Shown in pieces: positions 24,591 through 32,477 of a stretch of DNA of 34,680 nt. The stretch's first letter is position 1, and every line of letters begins with the position of its first letter. The notes under the pieces are model-generated. The model did not search any database. It saw only the letters and a list, made by a program, of their open reading frames with translations, and was not told where the DNA came from. Origin of the DNA: Candidatus Woesearchaeota archaeon. GTDB lineage: Archaea; Nanobdellota; Nanobdellia; SCGC-AAA011-G17; GW2011-AR17. Both the position numbers and the translations under genes were made by a program. The DNA lies in assembly GCA_964473075.1 (NCBI GenBank), contig CAYYMN010000006.1, positions 1 through 34,680 on the forward strand. Direction: 5' to 3'.

Positions 24591-24877
24591 AAAAATTAAG
24601 AGAAATTGGACTTGTAGGGATTGGAGCTGTAGCAGCTGTCAAAGAAAAAATGAAAAGTGTAGGAAAGAGATTAATTAAGAAAGGGGAAGAGAACGAAAAA
24701 AATTTCATGAAGAAAAAAGGAAAAATTATTGGCAGTGCAAAAATGGCGAGCAAAGAAGCTTTGGCGATTTCCAAGAAAAGTTTGATGATGCTCGAGAAAG
24801 AGTTGAAGAAGCTTGAAGCAGAAGCGAAAAAAGCTGAAAAGTCCTTGAAAGTTAAAATCAAGAAGAAAAGAAGATAG
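24587..24877 (+). CDS. small lysine-rich phasin-like (COG3937-like) protein
   Basis: 96 aa. GLVGIGAVAAVKEKMKSVGKRLIKKGE resembles phasin-like regulators. It has an ATGA overlap with the ubiB stop (24587-24590) and ends in TAG. Confidence 0.4.
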   Translation: MKKLREIGLVGIGAVAAVKEKMKSVGKRLIKKGEENEKNFMKKKGKIIGSAKMASKEALAISKKSLMMLEKELKKLEAEAKKAEKSLKVKIKKKRR

Positions 24878-24893
24878 TTTTTTACTTTTTTCA
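24878..24893 (+). terminator. oligo-T tract
   Basis: GTTTTTTACTTTTTT follows directly after the stop at 24877. Confidence 0.3.
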
Positions 24894-24936
24894 AATTTTG
24901 CTTAGAAAACTATATAAGGAGGCACTTTTTTAAAGT

Positions 24937-24967
24937 TTTGAAACCGATGATATGTTGGAGGTTCAAA
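24937..24967 (+). promoter_or_regulatory. K-turn-shaped hairpin in the L7Ae leader that sequesters the SD (putative L7Ae autoregulatory site)
   Basis: The C-stem is C44-G61, C45-G60, A43-U62 and A42-U63, extended by G40-C64, U39-A65, U38-A66 and U37-A67 with A41 bulged. The 3-nt bulge is G46 A47 U48. The tandem G49.A59 / A50.G58 follow, then U51.G57, A52-U56 and a UGU loop. G57-G61 is the GGAGG SD, and A67 is the A of the ATG. Confidence 0.5.
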
Positions 24968-25314
24968 TGGAAGAAAAACAATTGATTGAAAAAGCTTATG
25001 AGGCTATTGAGTTAGCCAAGACTTCTGGTAAAGTCAAAAAAGGGACTAATGAGACTACAAAAGCCATTGAAAAAGGTATTGCAAAATTGGTTGTTGTAGC
25101 AAAGGATACTGCACCTGCAGAGATTATCATGCATCTTGGGCCATTGTGCAAGGAAAAGAAAGTGCCAATGGTTACTGTACCAAGCAAAATAGAATTAGGA
25201 ACAGCAGCAGGAATGGCATTAGCAACAAGTTCCGTGGCAATAATACAAGAAGGCGAAGCAAAAAATATAATCAAACAAATAACAGACAGCTTGAGTGAAA
25301 ATGGTAGTAGCTAA
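24967..25314 (+). CDS. rpl7ae: 50S ribosomal protein L7Ae (eL8 family)
   Basis: It has [55 protein letters not shown], which is canonical L7Ae sequence. GGAGG lies 5 nt upstream of the ATG at 24967. Confidence 0.9.
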   Translation: MEEKQLIEKAYEAIELAKTSGKVKKGTNETTKAIEKGIAKLVVVAKDTAPAEIIMHLGPLCKEKKVPMVTVPSKIELGTAAGMALATSSVAIIQEGEAKNIIKQITDSLSENGSS

Positions 25315-25612
25315 AAAAGAGATAAAAAAGGAAGAGAAGCAGCCTGAACAAAAGACTGCAGCACCAGTTGTTGAACAAAAAGCAGCAAAGGGTGGACTTT
25401 TTACTGAGGCAGTACCAGCCAGAGTCGAAGAAATTATTGGAAGGACTGGAACAAGAGGGGAAGTCATTCAGGTCAGATGCAAAATCCTAGAAGGAAGAGA
25501 TGCAAATAAAGTCCTTGCAAGAAATGTTAAGGGGCCAATCAGATTGAAAGATATTTTGATGCTGAGAGAAACTGAAATAGAAGCAAGGAAATTGAATAAG
25601 GGTAAGAGCTAA
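25301..25612 (+). CDS. rps28e: 30S ribosomal protein S28e with a ~35 aa K/E/A-rich N-terminal extension
   Basis: The C-terminal 65 aa ([59 protein letters not shown]) are canonical eS28. The start is either the ATG at 25301 or the GTG at 25295, and it overlaps the rpl7ae 3' end. Confidence 0.85.
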   Translation: MVVAKKEIKKEEKQPEQKTAAPVVEQKAAKGGLFTEAVPARVEEIIGRTGTRGEVIQVRCKILEGRDANKVLARNVKGPIRLKDILMLRETEIEARKLNKGKS

Positions 25613-25613
25613 A

Positions 25614-25781
25614 ATGGTAAAATGTACTTTTTGTGGAAGTGATATAATGCCAGGAACAGGAGAAATATTTGTTTACAAGACTGGAAAGATTGCAAACTTT
25701 TGTTCAAGGAAATGTGAAAAGCATACATTGAAGCTTGGAAGAAAACCTCAAAATATGAAGTGGGTTACTAGTAAAAAATAG
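25614..25781 (+). CDS. rpl24e: 50S ribosomal protein L24e
   Basis: Hand translated as MVKCTFCGSDIMPGTGEIFVYKTGKIANFCSRKCEKHTLKLGRKPQNMKWVTSKK. It shows the C-x2-C...C-x3-C eL24 pattern and sits in the conserved position after S28e. It is not in the ORF track. Confidence 0.85.
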   Translation: MVKCTFCGSDIMPGTGEIFVYKTGKIANFCSRKCEKHTLKLGRKPQNMKWVTSKK

Positions 25782-25848
25782 GTTTGTTTTTTTAATTGAT
25801 TAAATTTAAATATTCTTGAATAAATCTTTTGTTAAGGAGGATATGAAA

Positions 25849-26328
25849 ATGATAGAAAGGACTTTTGTAATGATAAAACCCGATGGAGTAAAAAGAACAT
25901 TAGTGGGAGAGATCATAAAGAGATTTGAGAATGTTGGATTGAAGTTAGTGGGAATGAAAATGACTTGGATTGACAGGGATTTTTCAAAGAAGCATTATTC
26001 TGCCCATGTGCAAAAACCATTTTATCCTGGAGTGGAAGAATTCATTATTTCAGGGCCTGTAATAGCAATGGTATTTGAAGGGGTTCATGCAATTGAAGTT
26101 GTCAGAAAAATTGTTGGGGGAACAGAGCCTAAATCAGCTATACCTGGGACAATACGAGGAGATTATACACATGTATCCTATTCTCATGCTGATGACAAAA
26201 AAATGGCACTTCGGAATGTAATCCATGCTTCTGGGGACAAGAATGATGCGGAAAAAGAAATTGCATTGTGGTTCTCAGGGGAAGAATTATTCAAGTATAA
26301 AAATGTGCATGAAGAACATGTATTTTAA
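25849..26328 (+). CDS. ndk: nucleoside diphosphate kinase
   Basis: It has ERTFVMIKPDGV and an NVIHAS active-site His context. GGAGG lies 8 nt upstream of the ATG at 25849. Confidence 0.9.
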   Translation: MIERTFVMIKPDGVKRTLVGEIIKRFENVGLKLVGMKMTWIDRDFSKKHYSAHVQKPFYPGVEEFIISGPVIAMVFEGVHAIEVVRKIVGGTEPKSAIPGTIRGDYTHVSYSHADDKKMALRNVIHASGDKNDAEKEIALWFSGEELFKYKNVHEEHVF

Positions 26329-26720
26329 TTTTTTAATTTTTTATCTATTTGCTTTGCTTCTGATTCTATCTCTTCAAAGGTTGAAAGAATATCATCCTTA
26401 ATGCGCTTCAAAGAAAGCTCTAAGTTTCTTTCTCTCAAAGCATATTTATTATCATCAATTATGACTAGGCCTGTAGAAATTAATTTGTTCAAATGATGAA
26501 TAACAGTTGCGCGACTAAGGTTTAATTTGTAAGCAATCTCATCTGAGGATAAAGAACGCTTAGATTGAAGCAGAGCTATAAATAATCTGAAACAGGATTT
26601 GTCCTTGTCCCTCTGAGAAAATAAGCCAAGAGATTCGGAAATCCATTGAACTTCAGAGTTTAAACTATCATCTGGGGAACGAACTTTGACAATAGTTAAG
26701 CGCTTGAATCTTGTAATCAT
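26325..26720 (-). CDS. ArsR/winged-helix family transcriptional regulator
   Basis: 131 aa with LSSDEIAYKLNLSRATVIHHLNKLISTGLVI as the HTH plus wing. Confidence 0.55.
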   Translation of the reverse strand: MITRFKRLTIVKVRSPDDSLNSEVQWISESLGLFSQRDKDKSCFRLFIALLQSKRSLSSDEIAYKLNLSRATVIHHLNKLISTGLVIIDDNKYALRERNLELSLKRIKDDILSTFEEIESEAKQIDKKLKN

Positions 26721-26752
26721 ACATATTACTATTGAATCGAAATATAAAAAAC

Positions 26753-27640
26753 TTATGGCTTAGTAGTAATGATGATTTTATCCTTGTCAACATAAATAAC
26801 ATCCTCAAACTGTGCAATCTTAGAGTTAGGAAGTTCTAATAACAGAGGATATTCTACTACATTGCCAGATTTCTTTAGACTGAAGAAGTCAATCTTTGAA
26901 ATTTTAAGATGTTCTAGAATGTATCTCTCACTAAAAGGGAAACATTTTCTTTTTTCATGAATTTTTTTGTAAAGGTTTCGAATCTTTAAGTCTCTTATTG
27001 GAGAAGGATACTTTGATAATGCGTAAATGTAAGCTGTTTGAGAGGATTTTATCATGCCCAAACCATCTGTAACAAATATCTCTACTGCATAAGCTTCACC
27101 AGGTTCAAATATATTCTCCGAAGAATTTCCATGGACAATTACTGATTTCTTAGAGTGCAGTTCCCATTGATCAAGCTGATGACCCATAAGATTTTTTATT
27201 AGTTTGTATTTGGAATTTTTTAAAAGTTCGTCTAGACGGAAGCCTATTTCAGAAATTTTCATGCCTGGCTTGAGATCATTAATCGCTTCTTTTAATGCAT
27301 TTTCTGTGAAGGCAACCATTTCATCATAGTCTTTGTTGAAAGAGATTGTGAAAGCGCCATCTGCAATGTAACCATCAATATGAATACCAATATCTACTTT
27401 AACCAAATCTCCTTTAGAAATCATTCTTTTATCCTCTATCAAAGCAGTATAATGGACTTCATTATTCAATTGGATATTTACTGGGAATGCCAAAGAAACT
27501 TCAGGGTAATCTTGAATGAAGGATTCTATCTTTTTGGTTAGTTCCAAGATCAATATTCCTGGCTGGATTAAAGGCTTTGTTTTATTACAAATTTCTGAAT
27601 GGATTTTTCCAACCTTAATATAAATTTCTTTTGGAGTCAT
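26753..27640 (-). CDS. map: methionine aminopeptidase, type 2 (archaeal)
   Basis: 295 aa with a pita-bread fold pattern: AFPVNIQLNNEVHYT, VKVDIGIHIDGYIADGA, GHQL and AVEIF. Confidence 0.8.
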   Translation of the reverse strand: MTPKEIYIKVGKIHSEICNKTKPLIQPGILILELTKKIESFIQDYPEVSLAFPVNIQLNNEVHYTALIEDKRMISKGDLVKVDIGIHIDGYIADGAFTISFNKDYDEMVAFTENALKEAINDLKPGMKISEIGFRLDELLKNSKYKLIKNLMGHQLDQWELHSKKSVIVHGNSSENIFEPGEAYAVEIFVTDGLGMIKSSQTAYIYALSKYPSPIRDLKIRNLYKKIHEKRKCFPFSERYILEHLKISKIDFFSLKKSGNVVEYPLLLELPNSKIAQFEDVIYVDKDKIIITTKP

Positions 27641-27716
27641 AACTTTGAAAAACTAATTTTAGGATATAAAGGTTTCTAAGCAAAATAATATAAGTCTGGA
27701 ATGTGTATCAAAAAGC

Positions 27717-28448
27717 ATGCGATTAATATCATGGAATGTTAGTGGTCTTAGGGCTGTGCTCAACAAAGGTTTCATCAATTTTGTAAAAAAAGATAATCCA
27801 GATATCATTTGTTTACAGGAGACTAAAGTAGACGATAAATTTCAGGTAAATCTTCCAGGATATTATGGTTATTTCAATAATGGAGAGAAGAAAGGATATG
27901 CAGGAACGGCAATATTTACAAAAATCAAACCATTAAAATATTCTTTTGGAAAGGATAATGAAGGAAGAGTAATTACAATGGAGTTCCAAAAATTCTTTCT
28001 TGTGAATGTGTATACTCCAAACAGCCAAAGAGGACTTACAAGGTTAGATTATAGAGTAAAGTGGGATAAGGAATTTTTGGATTGCTTAAAAAAATTAGAC
28101 AAGCCAGTAATTGTCTGTGGTGATTTTAATGTTGCGCATAAGGAAATAGATCTTGCAAATCCAAAAGCAAACAAAAGGAATGCAGGGTTTACCGAGGAAG
28201 AAAGAGAGAACTTTACTAGGTTGTTAGAGAGTGGATTTACTGATACTTTCAGAGAATTTAATGATCAACCAGGACAATATTCTTATTGGGTTTACTATGC
28301 AAATGCAAGAGAAAGAAATGTTGGATGGAGATTAGATTATTATTTAGTTACTAAGAGTTTGAAACAAAAATTAAAAGACTCATTCATACTGACAAAAGTC
28401 TTAGGATCTGATCATTGTCCTGTAGGTGTTGAAATTGATCTCAAGTAA
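27717..28448 (+). CDS. xth: exodeoxyribonuclease III (AP endonuclease)
   Basis: It has MRLISWNVSGLRA, LQETK, GDFNVAH and SDHCPV motifs. Confidence 0.85.
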   Translation: MRLISWNVSGLRAVLNKGFINFVKKDNPDIICLQETKVDDKFQVNLPGYYGYFNNGEKKGYAGTAIFTKIKPLKYSFGKDNEGRVITMEFQKFFLVNVYTPNSQRGLTRLDYRVKWDKEFLDCLKKLDKPVIVCGDFNVAHKEIDLANPKANKRNAGFTEEERENFTRLLESGFTDTFREFNDQPGQYSYWVYYANARERNVGWRLDYYLVTKSLKQKLKDSFILTKVLGSDHCPVGVEIDLK

Positions 28449-28785
28449 AGTATATGAAGCTTGCAAAAGAATTCCTCGAGGGAAAGTAGTTAGTTACAAG
28501 CAGATTGGAGAATTTATTGGAAGCAGAGCTTACAGAGCGATTGGAACTGCATTGAGCAAGAATGAGTCCAAAGAAGTTCCATGCCATAGGGTTGTTGGAA
28601 GCGATGGAAGTCTGGTTGGATTCAAAGGTCAAAGAGAAATTACTGAAAAGGAAAAGATTCTGAGGGAAGAAGGGGTTGAAATTGTCAATGGAAAAGTTTT
28701 GAAAGAATATTTTGTTGGAAACTTCTCGACGAGAAAAGTGGAATTGGGGTTTAATAAAAAACAAAAAAGAAAAGTATTTAAATAA
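28426..28785 (+). CDS. ogt: O6-alkylguanine-DNA alkyltransferase, C-terminal (DNA-binding/active-site) domain only
   Basis: It has IPRGKVVSYKQIGEFIG and the PCHRVV active-site motif. The start is a GTG or TTG that overlaps the xth 3' end. Confidence 0.7.
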   Translation: MLKLISSKVYEACKRIPRGKVVSYKQIGEFIGSRAYRAIGTALSKNESKEVPCHRVVGSDGSLVGFKGQREITEKEKILREEGVEIVNGKVLKEYFVGNFSTRKVELGFNKKQKRKVFK

Positions 28786-28831
28786 GTTTGATTTAGAAAA
28801 AAAATAATTTTGGAGAAAAAAAATTAAAGAA

Positions 28832-29557
28832 ATGAGTCCAGTGGATGTTGGTTCTAAAAGTTTAGGATATAAATCTAATTTTAGAGGATTATCGTCTAGA
28901 GTTCAAGAAAATTTAATGATTCAAAAAAGAGCAAATCAATTGGAATTATATTCTAGTAGCATACAAAGTATTAGGATGTATCCTTGGGCTGAACCTCCAG
29001 AGAGAAGTGGAACAATTATTGGGCATTCTATTGCGGCACACCATGTTAGAATGATTGATTTAGCGAGAGAAATTGAAGTGCCGAGGGGATTTAGTAAGAA
29101 ATTATTAGTAGAATATTCATTGGTAGACGGAGATTGTCCATTCCTTGAATTAAATAAAAATGTTCTTAAACAAAGATTTTCTGAACTGAGATTGGGAGAA
29201 AAACCTTATCCATATATGTTAGATTCTTCTCCTAGTATGGAATATGCCATTGTGAAATGCATGAGTATTGTAGATTTGTTGAAGATGGCAGAACAAAATA
29301 ATAGTTTGAGAGAATTTGATGAAGAAAGAATTAGAACAGTTTGGTTAAAATATAGAATGAAAGTGAATAATGGTCTTTTAAAAGAAATAAATGGAAGAAT
29401 AGGAAGTCTACCAGAAGAGTTTGATGTTAATGGAATAATATGTTCAGAGCTAGCAGATCTTTGGGGAAGCAAATTAGAAGAATGGGATAGATCAAGCCTT
29501 CCAGAGAGAGTCGCCAAGATAATGGATAGTTTTTATTGCTCTTCCAGAAGTAAGTAA
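28832..29557 (+). CDS. hypothetical protein (weak, degenerate HD-domain-like resemblance)
   Basis: 241 aa ORF that I could not assign to a family. GHSIAAHHVRMIDLA and LLVEYSLVDGD vaguely recall YfbR-type HD motifs, but the HD dyad is absent. Its 3' end overlaps the convergent PUA gene by 66 nt. Confidence 0.3.
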   Translation: MSPVDVGSKSLGYKSNFRGLSSRVQENLMIQKRANQLELYSSSIQSIRMYPWAEPPERSGTIIGHSIAAHHVRMIDLAREIEVPRGFSKKLLVEYSLVDGDCPFLELNKNVLKQRFSELRLGEKPYPYMLDSSPSMEYAIVKCMSIVDLLKMAEQNNSLREFDEERIRTVWLKYRMKVNNGLLKEINGRIGSLPEEFDVNGIICSELADLWGSKLEEWDRSSLPERVAKIMDSFYCSSRSK

Positions 29558-29932
29558 AGCTAATTCTTCTGAAGAGTAAAGAGAAATTCCAACTGCCAAT
29601 GGTTTTTTATGGAGAGAATCCTTAATGACTATGGGCTCATCCTTTTTTATGCCAGAATCAAAGCCAGTTATGCCCGGGCGCATGACATCTGCACCTTTAA
29701 TGATGAATTTTATCGCACCTGAATCTATATACACATTCTTGAGTAGATCTTTTTCTATGAGGAGTTTTAAGGTTGGAACAAGTTTGTTTTCATAATAGAA
29801 GAACGAGGGAATCTTGTTTATGAGAATTATTTTATCATCCATAAGCTGGACTATGTCTTTCTTTGAAACTTCAAAATTGTAACTAATTAATTCTTTGGCA
29901 AGATCCTTAGATTTCAAGGAAGTTAGTTTCAT
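29492..29932 (-). CDS. PUA-domain RNA-binding protein (archaeal MCT-1/Tma20-like)
   Basis: 146 aa. IDSGAIKFIIKGADVMRPGI...DEPIVIKD...KKPLAVGISL is typical of small archaeal PUA proteins. Confidence 0.55.
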   Translation of the reverse strand: MKLTSLKSKDLAKELISYNFEVSKKDIVQLMDDKIILINKIPSFFYYENKLVPTLKLLIEKDLLKNVYIDSGAIKFIIKGADVMRPGITGFDSGIKKDEPIVIKDSLHKKPLAVGISLYSSEELALLTSGRAIKTIHYLGDSLWKA

Positions 29933-29984
29933 TATTTAAAAAGAATAGAAAAAGATTTATTAGTGTTTGGGATATAGGCTAATT

Positions 29985-30248
29985 ATGAAAAGGTTGATAC
30001 TTTTAGGAATTCTATTATTTTTAGGAGCTTGTGCAGTGGAGAATAAAGTTATTAATGAAGATTTCTGCGGGACTGAGACGCTAAGCGAGTGCAGTAGTGA
30101 TAGTGAATGTGTGACTGATGGGTGTTCTGGAGAGATTTGTAGAGCAGTAAATGATGAAAGTTATATTACTACATGTGAATGGAAAGAATGTTATGAAAAA
30201 AGAGGATTAGAGTGCAAGTGCATCGAGGGCAAGTGCGCCTGGGGATAA
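29985..30248 (+). CDS. secreted Cys-rich lipoprotein (eight-cysteine-cluster-like domain)
   Basis: It has a signal peptide with a lipobox-like LFLGAC, followed by 10 further Cys in 60 aa (CGTETLSECSSDSECVTDGCSGEIC...CEWKEC...LECKCIEGKC). Confidence 0.5.
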   Translation: MKRLILLGILLFLGACAVENKVINEDFCGTETLSECSSDSECVTDGCSGEICRAVNDESYITTCEWKECYEKRGLECKCIEGKCAWG

Positions 30249-30263
30249 TCGAATTTATTGATA

Positions 30264-30920
30264 TTATCTAAATTTTTTAATTCCAATTTTCTTACAATAA
30301 TCTTTGATAATACATCTTGAACATTTAGGAGAAACAGGAACGCAAGTATTTTGACCAAAAGCTACTAAGATATAATTCAATTTATTCCAATATTGCTGAG
30401 GAAGATTTTTTCTGATTAAGAATTCAGTTTCATCAGGAGATTTTGTTTTTAAGAAGCCCAAGCGATTCAAGATTCTATAATTGTGGATGTCAATGCAAAC
30501 ACCAGGTTTATTGAAACCTTCGATCAAAACCAAATTCGCAGTCTTTCTTCCAACACCTGGAAATTCTAAGAGTGCAGCTAGTTCATCAGGGACTTTAGAA
30601 TCATATTTTTCTATGAGAATGTTTGATATTTGTTTGATAGATTTAGATTTATTTCTGTAGAAGCCAACTGGATAGATTAATTTTGAGATTTGTTCTTCTG
30701 TCAATGAAAGCATTTCTTTAGCATTAGAAGCTTTTGCAAACAATCTTTGAGAGGCTTGGGCCGTAGTTTCGTCCTTGGTTCTTAGAGAGAGTATTGTGCC
30801 TACAAGAATTTGATAGGGATCTTTATTTCTTTGAGACATCAGAGTTATGATTGGAACTTTATAGTTAACAACTTCTTTTTCCAAGAGAGTTATTATTTTA
30901 ATCAAAGTTTGAGTGTTCAT
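30264..30920 (-). CDS. nth: endonuclease III (HhH-GPD DNA glycosylase with 4Fe-4S cluster loop)
   Basis: It has the HhH motif FPGVGRKTANLVL and the C-terminal Cys cluster CVPVSPKCSRCIIKDYC. The start is the ATG at 30920. Confidence 0.85.
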   Translation of the reverse strand: MNTQTLIKIITLLEKEVVNYKVPIITLMSQRNKDPYQILVGTILSLRTKDETTAQASQRLFAKASNAKEMLSLTEEQISKLIYPVGFYRNKSKSIKQISNILIEKYDSKVPDELAALLEFPGVGRKTANLVLIEGFNKPGVCIDIHNYRILNRLGFLKTKSPDETEFLIRKNLPQQYWNKLNYILVAFGQNTCVPVSPKCSRCIIKDYCKKIGIKKFR

Positions 30921-30978
30921 AAAGAAAAGCAAGATTATAAGACATATTAAACTTTATGATTAGATTTTTAACTTTGCT

Positions 30979-31410
30979 TTGATTATTAAGAGAGTGGAAG
31001 AAAGAAGAAGGCAAGTAGATGAGATTATGAAAAAGGTATGGGGAGATGAACCTTATGGGTTTGTTTCAACGCAAAGCTTAGCTGAAATTGGAACTTATTC
31101 AGTGTTTTCTTTGTGGAGGGTAATTGGAGAGGAAGCACCAGAGGCTGTTGATAAAATTACAGAAAGAATGATTGCAGGGTTATTGGCATGTGTAATCTTG
31201 AGGCCATGGAATTTAGGATATGCAGTCAATGGAACAAAACAGGTTTTAGAGTATGCATTAGATGAAAGAACCAATGAGAATTATGCTAGAATTATTGAAG
31301 ACAAGTTGAGAGGTTATGGAAATATGGCATTAGAGGAAAGTTTATCCTTCATTCAGAAGAACAACAAAAAAGGTTTTAAATGGAGCAATATTTCAGACAT
31401 AGATGCGTAA
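30979..31410 (+). CDS. hypothetical protein
   Basis: 143 aa ORF starting at a TTG (alternative ATG at 31027) with no recognisable motif. Its stop overlaps the VKOR start by 8 nt. Confidence 0.3.
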   Translation: MIIKRVEERRRQVDEIMKKVWGDEPYGFVSTQSLAEIGTYSVFSLWRVIGEEAPEAVDKITERMIAGLLACVILRPWNLGYAVNGTKQVLEYALDERTNENYARIIEDKLRGYGNMALEESLSFIQKNNKKGFKWSNISDIDA

Positions 31411-31834
31411 AAAAAAATTGATTTTGTTGATTTTGTTATTCTCAATTATAGGATTCATAACTTCATTATATTTAGCTTTTGATCATTATAGGATAGAAAA
31501 TGGAGTATTGTGCAATATAAGTGAACTCTCTTGTGATATTACAAAAAATAGCAAATATGCAGAAATATTCAATATTCCTACAGGCATATATGGAATGGTT
31601 TGGTTTTTGGTGGTGGCGTTTTTAGCTTTGATTGAAAGAAAGCATGAAATAGCTAACTTGATTTTAATATGGAGCATGCTGGGATTATTGTTCGTAGGAT
31701 ATTTTGTGCATGGAGAGTATGTGTTAAAAGCTTTGTGCCCTTACTGCACCATAGCCCATATCTGCACAATATTAATCTTTGCTGCTACTTTTGATCTATA
31801 CAAACAAAAAGGGAGGGTACAAAATGGCTGCTAA
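31403..31834 (+). CDS. vitamin K epoxide reductase (VKOR) family membrane oxidoreductase
   Basis: It has the loop Cys pair C-x6-C (CNISELSC), SKYAEIFNIPTGIYG, and a CPYC redox motif in a late TM helix. It has about 4 TM helices. Confidence 0.7.
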   Translation: MRKKKLILLILLFSIIGFITSLYLAFDHYRIENGVLCNISELSCDITKNSKYAEIFNIPTGIYGMVWFLVVAFLALIERKHEIANLILIWSMLGLLFVGYFVHGEYVLKALCPYCTIAHICTILIFAATFDLYKQKGRVQNGC

Positions 31835-31895
31835 AAAAACTAAGAAGAAAAAAACCAAGAAAAGTCCATGTGGATGTTGTTGTGGTTGCGATTAA
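31824..31895 (+). CDS. micro-ORF (23 aa), polybasic with a Cys-rich tail
   Basis: Hand translated as MAAKKTKKKKTKKSPCGCCCGCD. GGGAGGG lies 6 nt upstream of the ATG. It overlaps the last 11 nt of the VKOR gene. Confidence 0.3.
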   Translation: MAAKKTKKKKTKKSPCGCCCGCD

Positions 31896-31904
31896 AAATT
31901 TTTT

Positions 31905-32413
31905 TTATTTTAATTTGAATATGCTTAAATCTTCATAAGGAACTAGGTGAGTATTATTAAAATAGAAAATAGAATCCTGTTCTAAACCTAGCTCACTTGA
32001 AATAGGATTTTTATTTTCATCAAGACAATGCATCTCTGTAAATTCATCAACTGCTTTATACAAATATGCACAATCGTTATTTTCCCATCCTTGCATTAAA
32101 TCAAAACTTGTTTCTACACTATATCCTAAATTTATAGCTGTCTTTACAGTTGCTCTAACACATGCACTCTGATTAAATCCCATTAAAATAAGATTGGTTA
32201 TTCCTTCTTCTCTTAACTTTTGATCCAAATCCGTTCCTTGAAATGCATCAGCAAATGGTTTGTAGATTTCTGTCCAATTTGCATCTTCATATTGAGCTAA
32301 CTCTGGAGCAGTTTCTGGTGGTTTAGATCCTTCTCTAAAATCAAAATGAACTTTAAAGATTGGAATATTCTTTTGGTTTGCTGTTCTTAAAACTTCTTCC
32401 ATCATAGGTAGTT
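31905..32413 (-). pseudogene. isochorismatase-family (cysteine hydrolase) gene, 3' fragment separated by the IS insertion
   Basis: It encodes ...LPMMEEVLRTANQKNIPIF...LMGFNQSACVRATVKTAINLGYSV with the catalytic Cys context, but it lacks the N-terminal beta-strand and Asp. The fragment ends exactly at the target-site duplication. Confidence 0.65.
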
Positions 32414-32441
32414 TGTACAAGCTCGTAATTAGTTTACACTT
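32414..32441 (+). repeat. left terminal inverted repeat of the IS
   Basis: TGTACAAGCTCGTAATTAGTTTACACTT. Confidence 0.7.
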
Positions 32442-32477
32442 TTAACTTTTTGATATTTTTTCTTTTTCGTGATTTTT

